Positions 19,375 to 26,993 of a DNA stretch of 64,000 bases are shown here, piece after piece (positions within the stretch are counted from its first letter, which is position 1; every line of letters starts with the position of its first letter). Location of the stretch: positions 1,467 through 65,466 of the forward strand of contig CALQYS010000001.1 of the NCBI GenBank assembly GCA_943348755.1. Reading direction: 5' to 3'. This DNA is from Candidatus Nomurabacteria bacterium. GTDB lineage: Bacteria; Patescibacteriota; Minisyncoccia; Phycocordibacterales; UBA9973. The notes under the pieces were generated by a model. That model had not been told where the DNA came from, did not search any database, and worked only from the letters and a program-made list of their open reading frames with translations. A program made the translations under genes and the position numbers.

Positions 19375-21069
19375 ATGAAACCTGAAACAAAAAATTGTAA
19401 AAATTGCCAAAAAGATTTCGTAATCGAAGCTGAAGATTTTAATTTTTACGAAAAGATAAAAGTTCCACCGCCCACGTGGTGTTTCAAATGCCGACAGCAT
19501 AGACGTTATGCTTGGAGAAATGAGCGGAATCTTTACAGGCGTAATTGTGATCTGTGCGGTAAAAGCACGGTGACTATCTATTCTCCTAATAAGCCTTACA
19601 AAGTCTATTGCCATGAATGTTGGTGGGGAGACGGCTGGGATTTTACTTCATACGGACGGAATTTTGATTTTTCTCGTCCCTTTTTCGAACAATTTGCCGA
19701 ACTTCAGCATGAAGTACCCCGCATGGCGCTTTTAAACAAAAATAGCGTGAACTCAGAATACACAAATCACTCGGCGGACAATAAAAATGTCTATCTGACT
19801 TTTTCCTCTTTTGGTAGTGAGAATGTCATGTACAGTACTTGGGTTTTTTACTCGCGGGATTGTATGGACTGTAGCTTTATTTATGAAAAAGGGGAACGTC
19901 TGTATGAAACCATAGACTCTCGTTCTTGTTATCAGTGCCAGTACAGCCTGTTTTTGAAAGATTGCTCGTCTTGCTACTATTGTTACGATTGTCACGGATG
20001 TAACGAATGTTTTATGTCTTCTAACTTACGCAATAAAAGTTATGTATTTAAAAATAAACAATACACTCGCGACGAGTATCTAAAGAAGATGAAGGAATAT
20101 GAAATGTCCTCTTTTACCGTTCGCCAGGGTCTCGAAAAGGAATTTAAAGATATGCTAGAAAACATTTCTGTGCATCGTTACGTTTTGAGCGAGAGAAATA
20201 TAAACTCTATTGGATCTATGATTTTTGACTGTAAAAATGTGCTTCAGTCTTTTGAGGTGAACAAAGGAGAAGACCTTAAATATTTTTATGGAGGGCTTGA
20301 GGCTAAAAGCTGTATAGATGTGTATCATGCGGGGCTTAATTTGGAGCTTTGTTATGAACTCCATGGATGCACCCGTCTTTCAAACTGTCAATTTTGTCAT
20401 CTTTGTTATGATAATATGAACGTGATGTATTCTGATACTTGTCAGAATAGCCAGAATCTTTTTGGCTGCGTCTCTGTGAAAAAGGGGGAGTATATGATTT
20501 TTAATAAAAAATATTCTAAAGCTGATTATGAAGCTCTTAAAGAAAAGATTGTCGAGCATATGAAGCAGACAGGGGAGTACGGTGAATTTTTCCCGCCACA
20601 GATTGCCCCAGTGTATTATAATGAGACACAAGGGAACTTGTATATGCCGATGACCAAAGAGGAAGTACTAGCTAAGGGTTGGCATTGGGAAGATAATATC
20701 CTGGGAACTTTCGGCAAGGAAACTATTTCTAGTTCATCTATTCCAGACAAGATAGAAGATGTGCCAGATTCCTACCTCAATGAAATCTTTGCCTGCGCAG
20801 ACTGTTCAAAAAATTATAACATAACTAGAAACGAGCTACTTTTCTATCAAAAAGAGAATCTTCCATTTCCCAGAAAGTGTCCGAATTGCCGTTACAAGAG
20901 AAGGTTTGATCTGCGTCCAAAGAGAGAGCTCTGGCATCGCACTTGCATGTGCGATAAAAAGCACAAGAACCACGATGGGTCTTGTAAGGTCGAGTTTGAG
21001 ACATGTTATGCTCCCAACCGCACAGAAAAGATATACTGTGAGAAATGTTACCAGCAAGAAGTGTACTAA
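19375..21069 (+). CDS. Cys-rich zinc-ribbon repeat protein, family member B2
   Basis: MKPETKNCKNCQKDFVIEAEDFNFYEKIKVPPPTWCFKCR...; C-terminal CPNCRYKRR..LWHRTCMC..IYCEKCYQQEVY; 2-nt gap to B1. Confidence 0.7.
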   Translation: MKPETKNCKNCQKDFVIEAEDFNFYEKIKVPPPTWCFKCRQHRRYAWRNERNLYRRNCDLCGKSTVTIYSPNKPYKVYCHECWWGDGWDFTSYGRNFDFSRPFFEQFAELQHEVPRMALLNKNSVNSEYTNHSADNKNVYLTFSSFGSENVMYSTWVFYSRDCMDCSFIYEKGERLYETIDSRSCYQCQYSLFLKDCSSCYYCYDCHGCNECFMSSNLRNKSYVFKNKQYTRDEYLKKMKEYEMSSFTVRQGLEKEFKDMLENISVHRYVLSERNINSIGSMIFDCKNVLQSFEVNKGEDLKYFYGGLEAKSCIDVYHAGLNLELCYELHGCTRLSNCQFCHLCYDNMNVMYSDTCQNSQNLFGCVSVKKGEYMIFNKKYSKADYEALKEKIVEHMKQTGEYGEFFPPQIAPVYYNETQGNLYMPMTKEEVLAKGWHWEDNILGTFGKETISSSSIPDKIEDVPDSYLNEIFACADCSKNYNITRNELLFYQKENLPFPRKCPNCRYKRRFDLRPKRELWHRTCMCDKKHKNHDGSCKVEFETCYAPNRTEKIYCEKCYQQEVY

Positions 21070-21071
21070 AT

Positions 21072-22778
21072 ATGAAACCAAAAACAAAAAATTGTAAAAA
21101 TTGTAAAAAAGACTTCGTGATCGAAACTGAAGATTTTGATTTTTACGAAAAAATAAAAGTACCGCCGCCGACTTTTTGTCCAGAATGCCGAAGAGTTCGT
21201 CGTTTTGCGCAGACGAATGAAACTGTGCTTTACAAGCGCAAGTGTGACTTATCTGGTAAAGATATTTTCAGCATGTATCCGTCCGATGCGCCATTTCCAG
21301 TTTATGAAACCGACGTTTGGTACTCAGATCAGTGGGATCCTTATCAATACGGTCTAGATTTCGATGAAAATAGGCCATTTTTTGATCAATTTTTTGAACT
21401 TCAGAATAAGGTCCCGCGAATGTCTCTAGTGCGACAAGGCTTGGCGGTCAACAGTCCTTATGCTCATAGAGTCACGGACCCAAAAAATTCATATATGACT
21501 TTCCGGGCCTCCTATCCAGAAAATTGTTTGTTTGTTTACAACAGCAATTATTCTAAAGATTGCACTGACTCCAACTGGATTTTTAATTCAGAGCTGTGTT
21601 ATGAATGCGTAAATGTGCAAAATTGCTACAATGTGAAGTTTAGTCAAGAAGTCAAAGATTGTCGGGACTCCTCTTTTTTATACGCTTGTCGAAATTGTTC
21701 TGATTGTACCGCTTGCGTGAATTTGGTAAACCAAAAATACTGCATTTTTAATGAGCGTTATTCAAAAGAGGAATATTTTAAAAAATTGGCAGAATTAAGA
21801 ATAAATAGTCACTCGGGGATCTCCGAAATGGCAGAGAAATTAAATGTGTTTCGGAAGAAATTCCCACAGCGGGCGATCGTTTCAGTAAAATCAGAAGATG
21901 TCTCAGGCAACTGGTTTGCTGGATGTAAAAATGTGCATCAATCCTTTGACTGCATCAATGTCAAAGACGGCAAACATCTTTTCATGGTTTTTTCCGCTGA
22001 AGACTGCATGGATTATTATGAATGGGGCAATAAAGCGGAACAAATTTACGAATCAGTGAATTGTGGTCTGAACATCGCCCGGCTTTATTTTTGCAACCAG
22101 TGCTGGATGGGTGCGACTGACTTGTATTATTGTAATACCTGTCCCGGTGCTCGGAATTGTTTTGGGTGCGTAGGATTAAAGAAGGGGGAGTATTCGATAC
22201 TAAACAAAAAATATTCTAAAGAAGAATATGAGATTTTAAAAGAAAAAATAATAAAACAAATGCAAGAAATGCCATTTAAAGACAAAAGAGGCATAAGTTA
22301 TTCTTTTGGGGAATTTTTCCCCGAAATGTTTTCTGATTTTGCTTACAACGAGACTATTGCCAACGTCTTCTTTCCACTATCCAAAGATGAAGCTTTGTCT
22401 CGTGGCTATAAATGGAAGGATAAAGAGAAGAAGAATTACCAAGCCACTCTGAAGCCGAGCGATTTGCCGGAAACTATCGGGGAAGTGAAAGACTCCATTT
22501 TAAATGAAGTTATCGAATGTGAAGAAAAGGATGATCCAAATTCGGTCGGGGCTTTTCGAATCACTCAGAACGAATTAAATTTTTATCGGAAGATCGATTC
22601 GCCCTTGCCAAGAGCTTGCTTTGACATTCGCCATTTGCGTAGGATGAACAAACGTCCGAAACTTAAATTTCTCCGACGAAATTGTTCTAAATGCAGCTCA
22701 GAAGTAGAAACTATTTATGATAAAGATTACGCGCCGATAATTTATTGCGAGAAGTGTTATCAGCAAGAGGTATATTAA
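21072..22778 (+). CDS. Cys-rich zinc-ribbon repeat protein, family member B3
   Basis: MKPKTKNCKNCKKDFVIETEDFDFYEKIKVPPPTFCPECR...; C-terminal IIYCEKCYQQEVY; 2-nt gap to B2. Confidence 0.7.
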   Translation: MKPKTKNCKNCKKDFVIETEDFDFYEKIKVPPPTFCPECRRVRRFAQTNETVLYKRKCDLSGKDIFSMYPSDAPFPVYETDVWYSDQWDPYQYGLDFDENRPFFDQFFELQNKVPRMSLVRQGLAVNSPYAHRVTDPKNSYMTFRASYPENCLFVYNSNYSKDCTDSNWIFNSELCYECVNVQNCYNVKFSQEVKDCRDSSFLYACRNCSDCTACVNLVNQKYCIFNERYSKEEYFKKLAELRINSHSGISEMAEKLNVFRKKFPQRAIVSVKSEDVSGNWFAGCKNVHQSFDCINVKDGKHLFMVFSAEDCMDYYEWGNKAEQIYESVNCGLNIARLYFCNQCWMGATDLYYCNTCPGARNCFGCVGLKKGEYSILNKKYSKEEYEILKEKIIKQMQEMPFKDKRGISYSFGEFFPEMFSDFAYNETIANVFFPLSKDEALSRGYKWKDKEKKNYQATLKPSDLPETIGEVKDSILNEVIECEEKDDPNSVGAFRITQNELNFYRKIDSPLPRACFDIRHLRRMNKRPKLKFLRRNCSKCSSEVETIYDKDYAPIIYCEKCYQQEVY

Positions 22779-23321
22779 TTACTTTCCGAAAGTTTCAAAA
22801 AGGAATTTTTTAGTTTCTTCGTCTACAAATTCTGTGACAATGATCATCATCTCAGTGGTCAATCCTAAATCTTTTTTGATATTCGTGAATAAGTGCTCAA
22901 AAGGGAAGGGGGAGATCCATGCAGAATTTTTAAGACAGACGAAACCAGCTTTCTTCAAAAGGTAGCGCAGACTCTCACGTTCACTTTTTCTATTCTCTGG
23001 AAGGTCGAGTAAAATAATTCTCCAGAATCCATCCCATGTGGTGTTGACTAGGGTTGTATTGCTATCCAGTTTTAGGCTGTGAACCTTCTTCTTGCCCTCT
23101 TTTGTCAGGCGGGCATATTCACTATGTGGAGAGGCTATTTGTTCTATTAGACCACCCTCCTTGAGTCCTTTTAATGAGCGTGTAATGGCGTAATTAGCGT
23201 TTTTCGAGCCACCCTCCATGTTTATCTTATCTGTGATTTCAGGTAGGGAAATAGCCGGTTTTTGCCCTAAAATCTCTAATATTTTATTAGAATATTGGAT
23301 TTTCTGGTTTTTTCTTGACAT
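22779..23321 (-). CDS. PaaX-family-like winged-helix transcriptional regulator (short form)
   Basis: N-terminal wHTH; C-terminal W.GFWRIILLDLPE..R..LR..L...GF..L..S.WISP signature of the PaaX C-domain. Confidence 0.5.
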   Translation of the reverse strand: MSRKNQKIQYSNKILEILGQKPAISLPEITDKINMEGGSKNANYAITRSLKGLKEGGLIEQIASPHSEYARLTKEGKKKVHSLKLDSNTTLVNTTWDGFWRIILLDLPENRKSERESLRYLLKKAGFVCLKNSAWISPFPFEHLFTNIKKDLGLTTEMMIIVTEFVDEETKKFLFETFGK

Positions 23322-23378
23322 GCATATATATTATAGTATATATTGTCTTTTGACAAGTATTTTGTGGTCACGAAAAAC

Positions 23379-23407
23379 TTGCTAAAAATAATAGATGGGT
23401 ATATAAT
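23379..23407 (+). promoter_or_regulatory. Sigma-70-type promoter TTGCTA-N17-TATAAT upstream of dnaK
   Basis: -35 at 23379-23384, -10 at 23402-23407; ~120-nt leader to the dnaK ATG; no CIRCE or HAIR element seen. Confidence 0.35.
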
Positions 23408-23526
23408 AGGTTCACAAAAATAATTATTAGCATTGCTCGAAAAAAAATCAAACTTTCCTGCGTTAGGTCATAAGGATAAGGCTCTGGGAAAGTTTATTTT
23501 TTTCTCGCAATTAATTTAAAAAATTT

Positions 23527-25428
23527 ATGAGTAAAATAATAGGTATAGATTTGGGTACAACAAATTCAGCGGTCGCATTTATCGAAGGAGGTGCGCCGAA
23601 GATTATTGAAAATATTGAGGGCAATCGCACGACTCCCTCTGTCGTGGCGACCGCGAAAAATGGTGATCGCATTGTCGGCCTTCTTGCTAAAAGACAGGCA
23701 ATCACGAATCCAGAGAATACGATTGCAGAAATTAAGCGCTTCATGGGGCACCGCTTTGATGACCCAGAAGTGCAGAAAGATAAAACGACATCATCGTTTA
23801 AGATTGAACAAGCAGATGGCGGCGGAGTGAAAGTAAAAATGCTGGATAAGTTTTATCGACCAGAGGAAGTGTCTGCGATGATCTTGCAAAAGATAAAGGC
23901 GGACGTGGAAGCTAAGCTCGGAGAAAAAATTACGGAAGCAGTTATCACTGTGCCTGCGTACTTTAACGACGCGCAAAGAAAGGCGACAAAGGATGCGGGA
24001 GCTATTGCGGGCCTCGATGTAAAGAGAATCATCAACGAGCCGACAGCGGCAGCACTCGCTTATGGTTTCGATAAAAAGAAAAATGAAAAAATAGTAGTCT
24101 ATGACTTTGGTGGGGGTACTTTCGACGTGTCTGTGCTCGAGATCGGTGGAGATGTGATCGAAGTGAAGTCTATCGATGGGGACAGTCACCTGGGTGGAGG
24201 CGACATTGACCGCTTGATCGTCAAATGGATCGCGGAGCAATACAAAAAAGAAGCTGGCATAGATGTGACGAAGGATCCTCTAGCTCATCAGAGGCTTCGT
24301 GAGGCGGCAGAAAAGGCCAAGCACGAACTTTCTACGACTATGGAGACGGAAATAAACATTCCATTCATTACTTCCGATGCCACTGGTCCGAAGCACCTTC
24401 TTATGAAGATGTCGCGCGCGACACTTGAGACCTTAACCAAAGATTTGATTGATCGTTCTATCGAGATCACAAAAAGGGCCCTCAATGCTTCTCCATTTAA
24501 AATGAATGAGATCAATGAAGTTATCATGGTGGGCGGACAGACAAGAATGCCACGAATCGTCGCTGCTGTTAAAGAACTTTTCGGCAAGGAGCCAAACATG
24601 TCTATCAATCCTGACGAAGTGGTGGCGCTTGGTGCAGCGGTGCAGGCCGGTGTGCTCGCTGGTGATGTGCGCGATGTTCTCTTGCTCGACGTTATCCCTC
24701 TATCTCTTGGCATTGAAACTCTTGGAGGAGTGGCGACAAAGTTAATCGAAAGAAATACAACTATCCCTTCTTCTAAATCACAAGTCTTTTCTACTGCAGC
24801 GGATAATCAAACTTCCGTGGAGATACATATAGTGCAAGGTGAGCGCCCAATGGCTTCGGACAATCGCTCTCTCGGACGATTTATCTTAGACGGAGTACCA
24901 CCAGCACCTCGCGGTATGCCCCAGATCGAAGTTTCATTCGATGTGGATGCGAACGGTATCTTAAATGTTGCAGCGAAAGATAAGGCTTCTGGCAAGAGTC
25001 AGTCTATCAAGATAGAAGCAAGTTCTGGACTCAAAGATGAAGATATAAAAAAGATGCAACAGGATGCAGAGCTTCATGCGACGGAAGATAAAAAGAAAAA
25101 AGAAGTGATTGATCTCAAAAATACTGCAGAGATGATCATCTACACTGCGGAGAAAGCTGTAAAAGATAATGGTGACAAAATTGATGCCAGTTTGAAGGAT
25201 ACTGTAAACGCGAAAATCACTACACTTCGAGGTTTGAAAGACGGCACTGATGGCGACGCGATCAAGAAGGCGACAGAAGAGCTTTCTGCCGAAATGTCTA
25301 AAATAGGGGAAGCGATGGCGAAGGCTGGTAAGGCTGGACCTGCCGGCGGAGCCCCAGAAGAACAGCCAGCGGAAGTAAAGGATGCGGAGTTTAAGGAGGG
25401 GAAGAAGGATGAAGGCGAGAAGAAATAA
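23527..25428 (+). CDS. dnaK: Molecular chaperone DnaK (Hsp70)
   Basis: [30 protein letters not shown] motifs; acidic/Gly-rich C-terminal tail. Confidence 0.97.
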   Translation: MSKIIGIDLGTTNSAVAFIEGGAPKIIENIEGNRTTPSVVATAKNGDRIVGLLAKRQAITNPENTIAEIKRFMGHRFDDPEVQKDKTTSSFKIEQADGGGVKVKMLDKFYRPEEVSAMILQKIKADVEAKLGEKITEAVITVPAYFNDAQRKATKDAGAIAGLDVKRIINEPTAAALAYGFDKKKNEKIVVYDFGGGTFDVSVLEIGGDVIEVKSIDGDSHLGGGDIDRLIVKWIAEQYKKEAGIDVTKDPLAHQRLREAAEKAKHELSTTMETEINIPFITSDATGPKHLLMKMSRATLETLTKDLIDRSIEITKRALNASPFKMNEINEVIMVGGQTRMPRIVAAVKELFGKEPNMSINPDEVVALGAAVQAGVLAGDVRDVLLLDVIPLSLGIETLGGVATKLIERNTTIPSSKSQVFSTAADNQTSVEIHIVQGERPMASDNRSLGRFILDGVPPAPRGMPQIEVSFDVDANGILNVAAKDKASGKSQSIKIEASSGLKDEDIKKMQQDAELHATEDKKKKEVIDLKNTAEMIIYTAEKAVKDNGDKIDASLKDTVNAKITTLRGLKDGTDGDAIKKATEELSAEMSKIGEAMAKAGKAGPAGGAPEEQPAEVKDAEFKEGKKDEGEKK

Positions 25429-25442
25429 AATTACTAACTAAA

Positions 25443-25466
25443 AGCCCCCATTCGGGGGCTTTTAGT
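25443..25466. terminator. Bidirectional rho-independent terminator (AGCCCCC-ATTC-GGGGGCT plus TTTTAGTTT)
   Basis: Perfect 7-bp GC-rich stem flanked by A-run and T-run; lies between dnaK (+) and a convergent minus-strand ORF. Confidence 0.75.
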
Positions 25467-25468
25467 TT

Positions 25469-25759
25469 CTATATCAATCTTTTTTCTCTCGCTTCATCTT
25501 CAGCTTTAGCCACTTTGGCTTCGGCGATCCTTCGGTTAATTTCTGCAACTTCTTTATCCCAAAGCGTACGTAAATCATCTGTCCAACCACCCTTTTTAGC
25601 TCTTACCGTTATTAACACTAAGTTACCCAAGAGGTTTATCATTTTATGAGCAATATCTCCTCTACCCAAAACATCAATTTTTTTTCTTAAATCTTCAAGA
25701 TCAGAAGTAGGAGGATCTCTCTTTTCTGGTTTTTGCAAATTACCTGAATCCATACTCAT
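25469..25759 (-). CDS. Hypothetical protein (96 aa)
   Basis: ORF ends at the bidirectional terminator; convergent with dnaK; no recognisable domain. Confidence 0.35.
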   Translation of the reverse strand: MSMDSGNLQKPEKRDPPTSDLEDLRKKIDVLGRGDIAHKMINLLGNLVLITVRAKKGGWTDDLRTLWDKEVAEINRRIAEAKVAKAEDEAREKRLI

Positions 25760-25855
25760 GAGATCATTGTATTAAAAAACTAACTAATAAACAACGGAGC
25801 AAACCACTAGAATAAAAAAACGGAGGAAAGAGCAAGTTTTCCCCCGTGATTGTCC

Positions 25856-25975
25856 CTATTTCAGGAACTTGGTTGCAACCACGACCATTGCTGCAATGAG
25901 CGCAATGATCGCGATAATGACAACCCCGTCCGCGAATTTTGGATGCTTGTCCATCCAGTCGAATAACTTATCCAT
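25856..25975 (-). CDS. Putative 39-aa single-TM membrane peptide (MDKLFDWMDKHPKFADGVVIIAIIALIAAMVVVATKFLK)
   Basis: Hand-translated minus-strand small ORF with an AAGAAGG-like RBS 6-8 nt upstream; hydrophobic core; below the ORF-track cutoff. Confidence 0.25.
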   Translation of the reverse strand: MDKLFDWMDKHPKFADGVVIIAIIALIAAMVVVATKFLK

Positions 25976-26465
25976 AACGCCCTTCTTTTGGTTGTTCAAT
26001 TTAATGCTAGCAGTTTTACATCTCCCATGCAATCTAGACGCAATGGGGCTTTTGGTTTTGTCTTTACTTATTTGACAATATACACATAAAGGAGTTGAAT
26101 ATTGTGGTGCGTAGAAGTTCTTTCCGTGGCAAAGAGATTATGGGGTTGATGGGGGCTCTCTGGTATTCACAACATTGCACGTTGCAATGCTGGATGTCGG
26201 AGTTTCCTCTATTAACACCATGAAAGCCCAACAGTTTATTGAAACAACCCGCTGCCAAGGAGAGTTTACAAAACTCTCCAGCTTCCTTACCATGCTTTCC
26301 CATGCTGTAAACGAAAACGCTGTGCTGAGCTCAAATCAGCAGCAATTTATTTACATGAGGATTAGCAGTTTACGACAAGAGTTGGAGAAAGGGGGTGGTG
26401 ATTTTACAAGGGTCATCCAAGATCTCGCCACTTACATGAACACATGCCAATGAATTTCGCGTTTC

Positions 26466-26502
26466 TGCCCGTCCCAGCTTCAGCTCGGCGGGCAAAAATT
26501 TT
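26466..26502. terminator. Hairpin TGCCCG...CGGGCA followed by A5T4 (bidirectional terminator-like)
   Basis: Inverted repeat at 26466-26494 flanked by A-run and T-run. Confidence 0.4.
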
Positions 26503-26531
26503 GCCTATTTTTAATAATTCTCTGGTATAAT
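26501..26531 (+). promoter_or_regulatory. Promoter TTGCCT-N19-TATAAT positioned 6 nt before the ATG of the 67-aa Cys-rich ORF (leaderless)
   Basis: -35 at 26501-26506, -10 at 26526-26531, ATG at 26538. Confidence 0.4.
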
Positions 26532-26537
26532 TTAAAT

Positions 26538-26741
26538 ATGCCTTTCAATATAGCCAAACATCTGTCGTCTAAGCATTGCAGTAAGTGCCATGGAGAAGGC
26601 GATGGATTTAAGTGTCCGAAATGTGGATACACTACAGCTGCGTATAATCCCCTGCATTTTAATGAATGTAAAGATAAATGTATGGTCCAGGTGAAATGCA
26701 AAAAATGTTCCGAAGCGGAAAGTAATTGCAAGTGCGTATAA
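26538..26741 (+). CDS. Small Cys-rich protein (67 aa, 12 Cys; CxxC...CxxC zinc-ribbon-like)
   Basis: HCSKCHGEGDGFKCPKCGY...CKDKCMVQVKCKKCSEAESNCKCV; dedicated promoter and two downstream hairpin terminators. Confidence 0.5.
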   Translation: MPFNIAKHLSSKHCSKCHGEGDGFKCPKCGYTTAAYNPLHFNECKDKCMVQVKCKKCSEAESNCKCV

Positions 26742-26750
26742 AAAAGAAAA

Positions 26751-26806
26751 CAAGGGACAAGTTTGGTCCAAGTCCCTTGTGGGGTAGCAAGAGCTACCCA
26801 GATTTT
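26751..26806. terminator. Two tandem hairpins (CAAGGGAC...GTCCCTTG and GGGTAGC-AAGA-GCTACCC plus TTTT) acting as terminators for both strands
   Basis: The second hairpin is followed by AGATTTT on the plus strand; on the minus strand the first hairpin is followed by TTTTCTTTTTT (end of the tRNA-like gene). Confidence 0.6.
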
Positions 26807-26889
26807 GGAGTGTCCGACGGGAATTGAACCCGCTTCTCTCAGTGTGCACGATCTTGAGTGCTTTGCCCTATAAGCTACGGAACACATCC
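26806..26889 (-). tRNA. tRNA-like gene with a canonical T-arm (GGGTTCAATTCCC), D-loop GG and encoded CCA, but an oversized 11-13 nt anticodon loop; identity undetermined
   Basis: Reverse complement reads ...TAGCTTATAGGGCAAAGC (4-bp D-stem)...CTCA-AGATCGTGCACAC-TGAG...GCGGGTTCAATTCCCGTCGGACACTCCA; acceptor pairs only if one U is bulged; no normal 7-nt anticodon loop can be drawn. Confidence 0.4.
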
Positions 26890-26993
26890 CGTGAAAGATC
26901 AAGCTTTTATGCTTACTAGAATTATATCACAAGAAATAAAAATTAATATAAAGTCTTGTTAGCAAAAAGTTGATTATATTGTATAATAACGAG

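Noticed and set aside
26175-26453. 92-aa ORF initiated at TTG as a real gene
   Set aside because: It has a non-ATG start in the track, no homology signature, and the first in-frame ATG has no RBS. Mentioned only as a possibility inside the gene-poor island.
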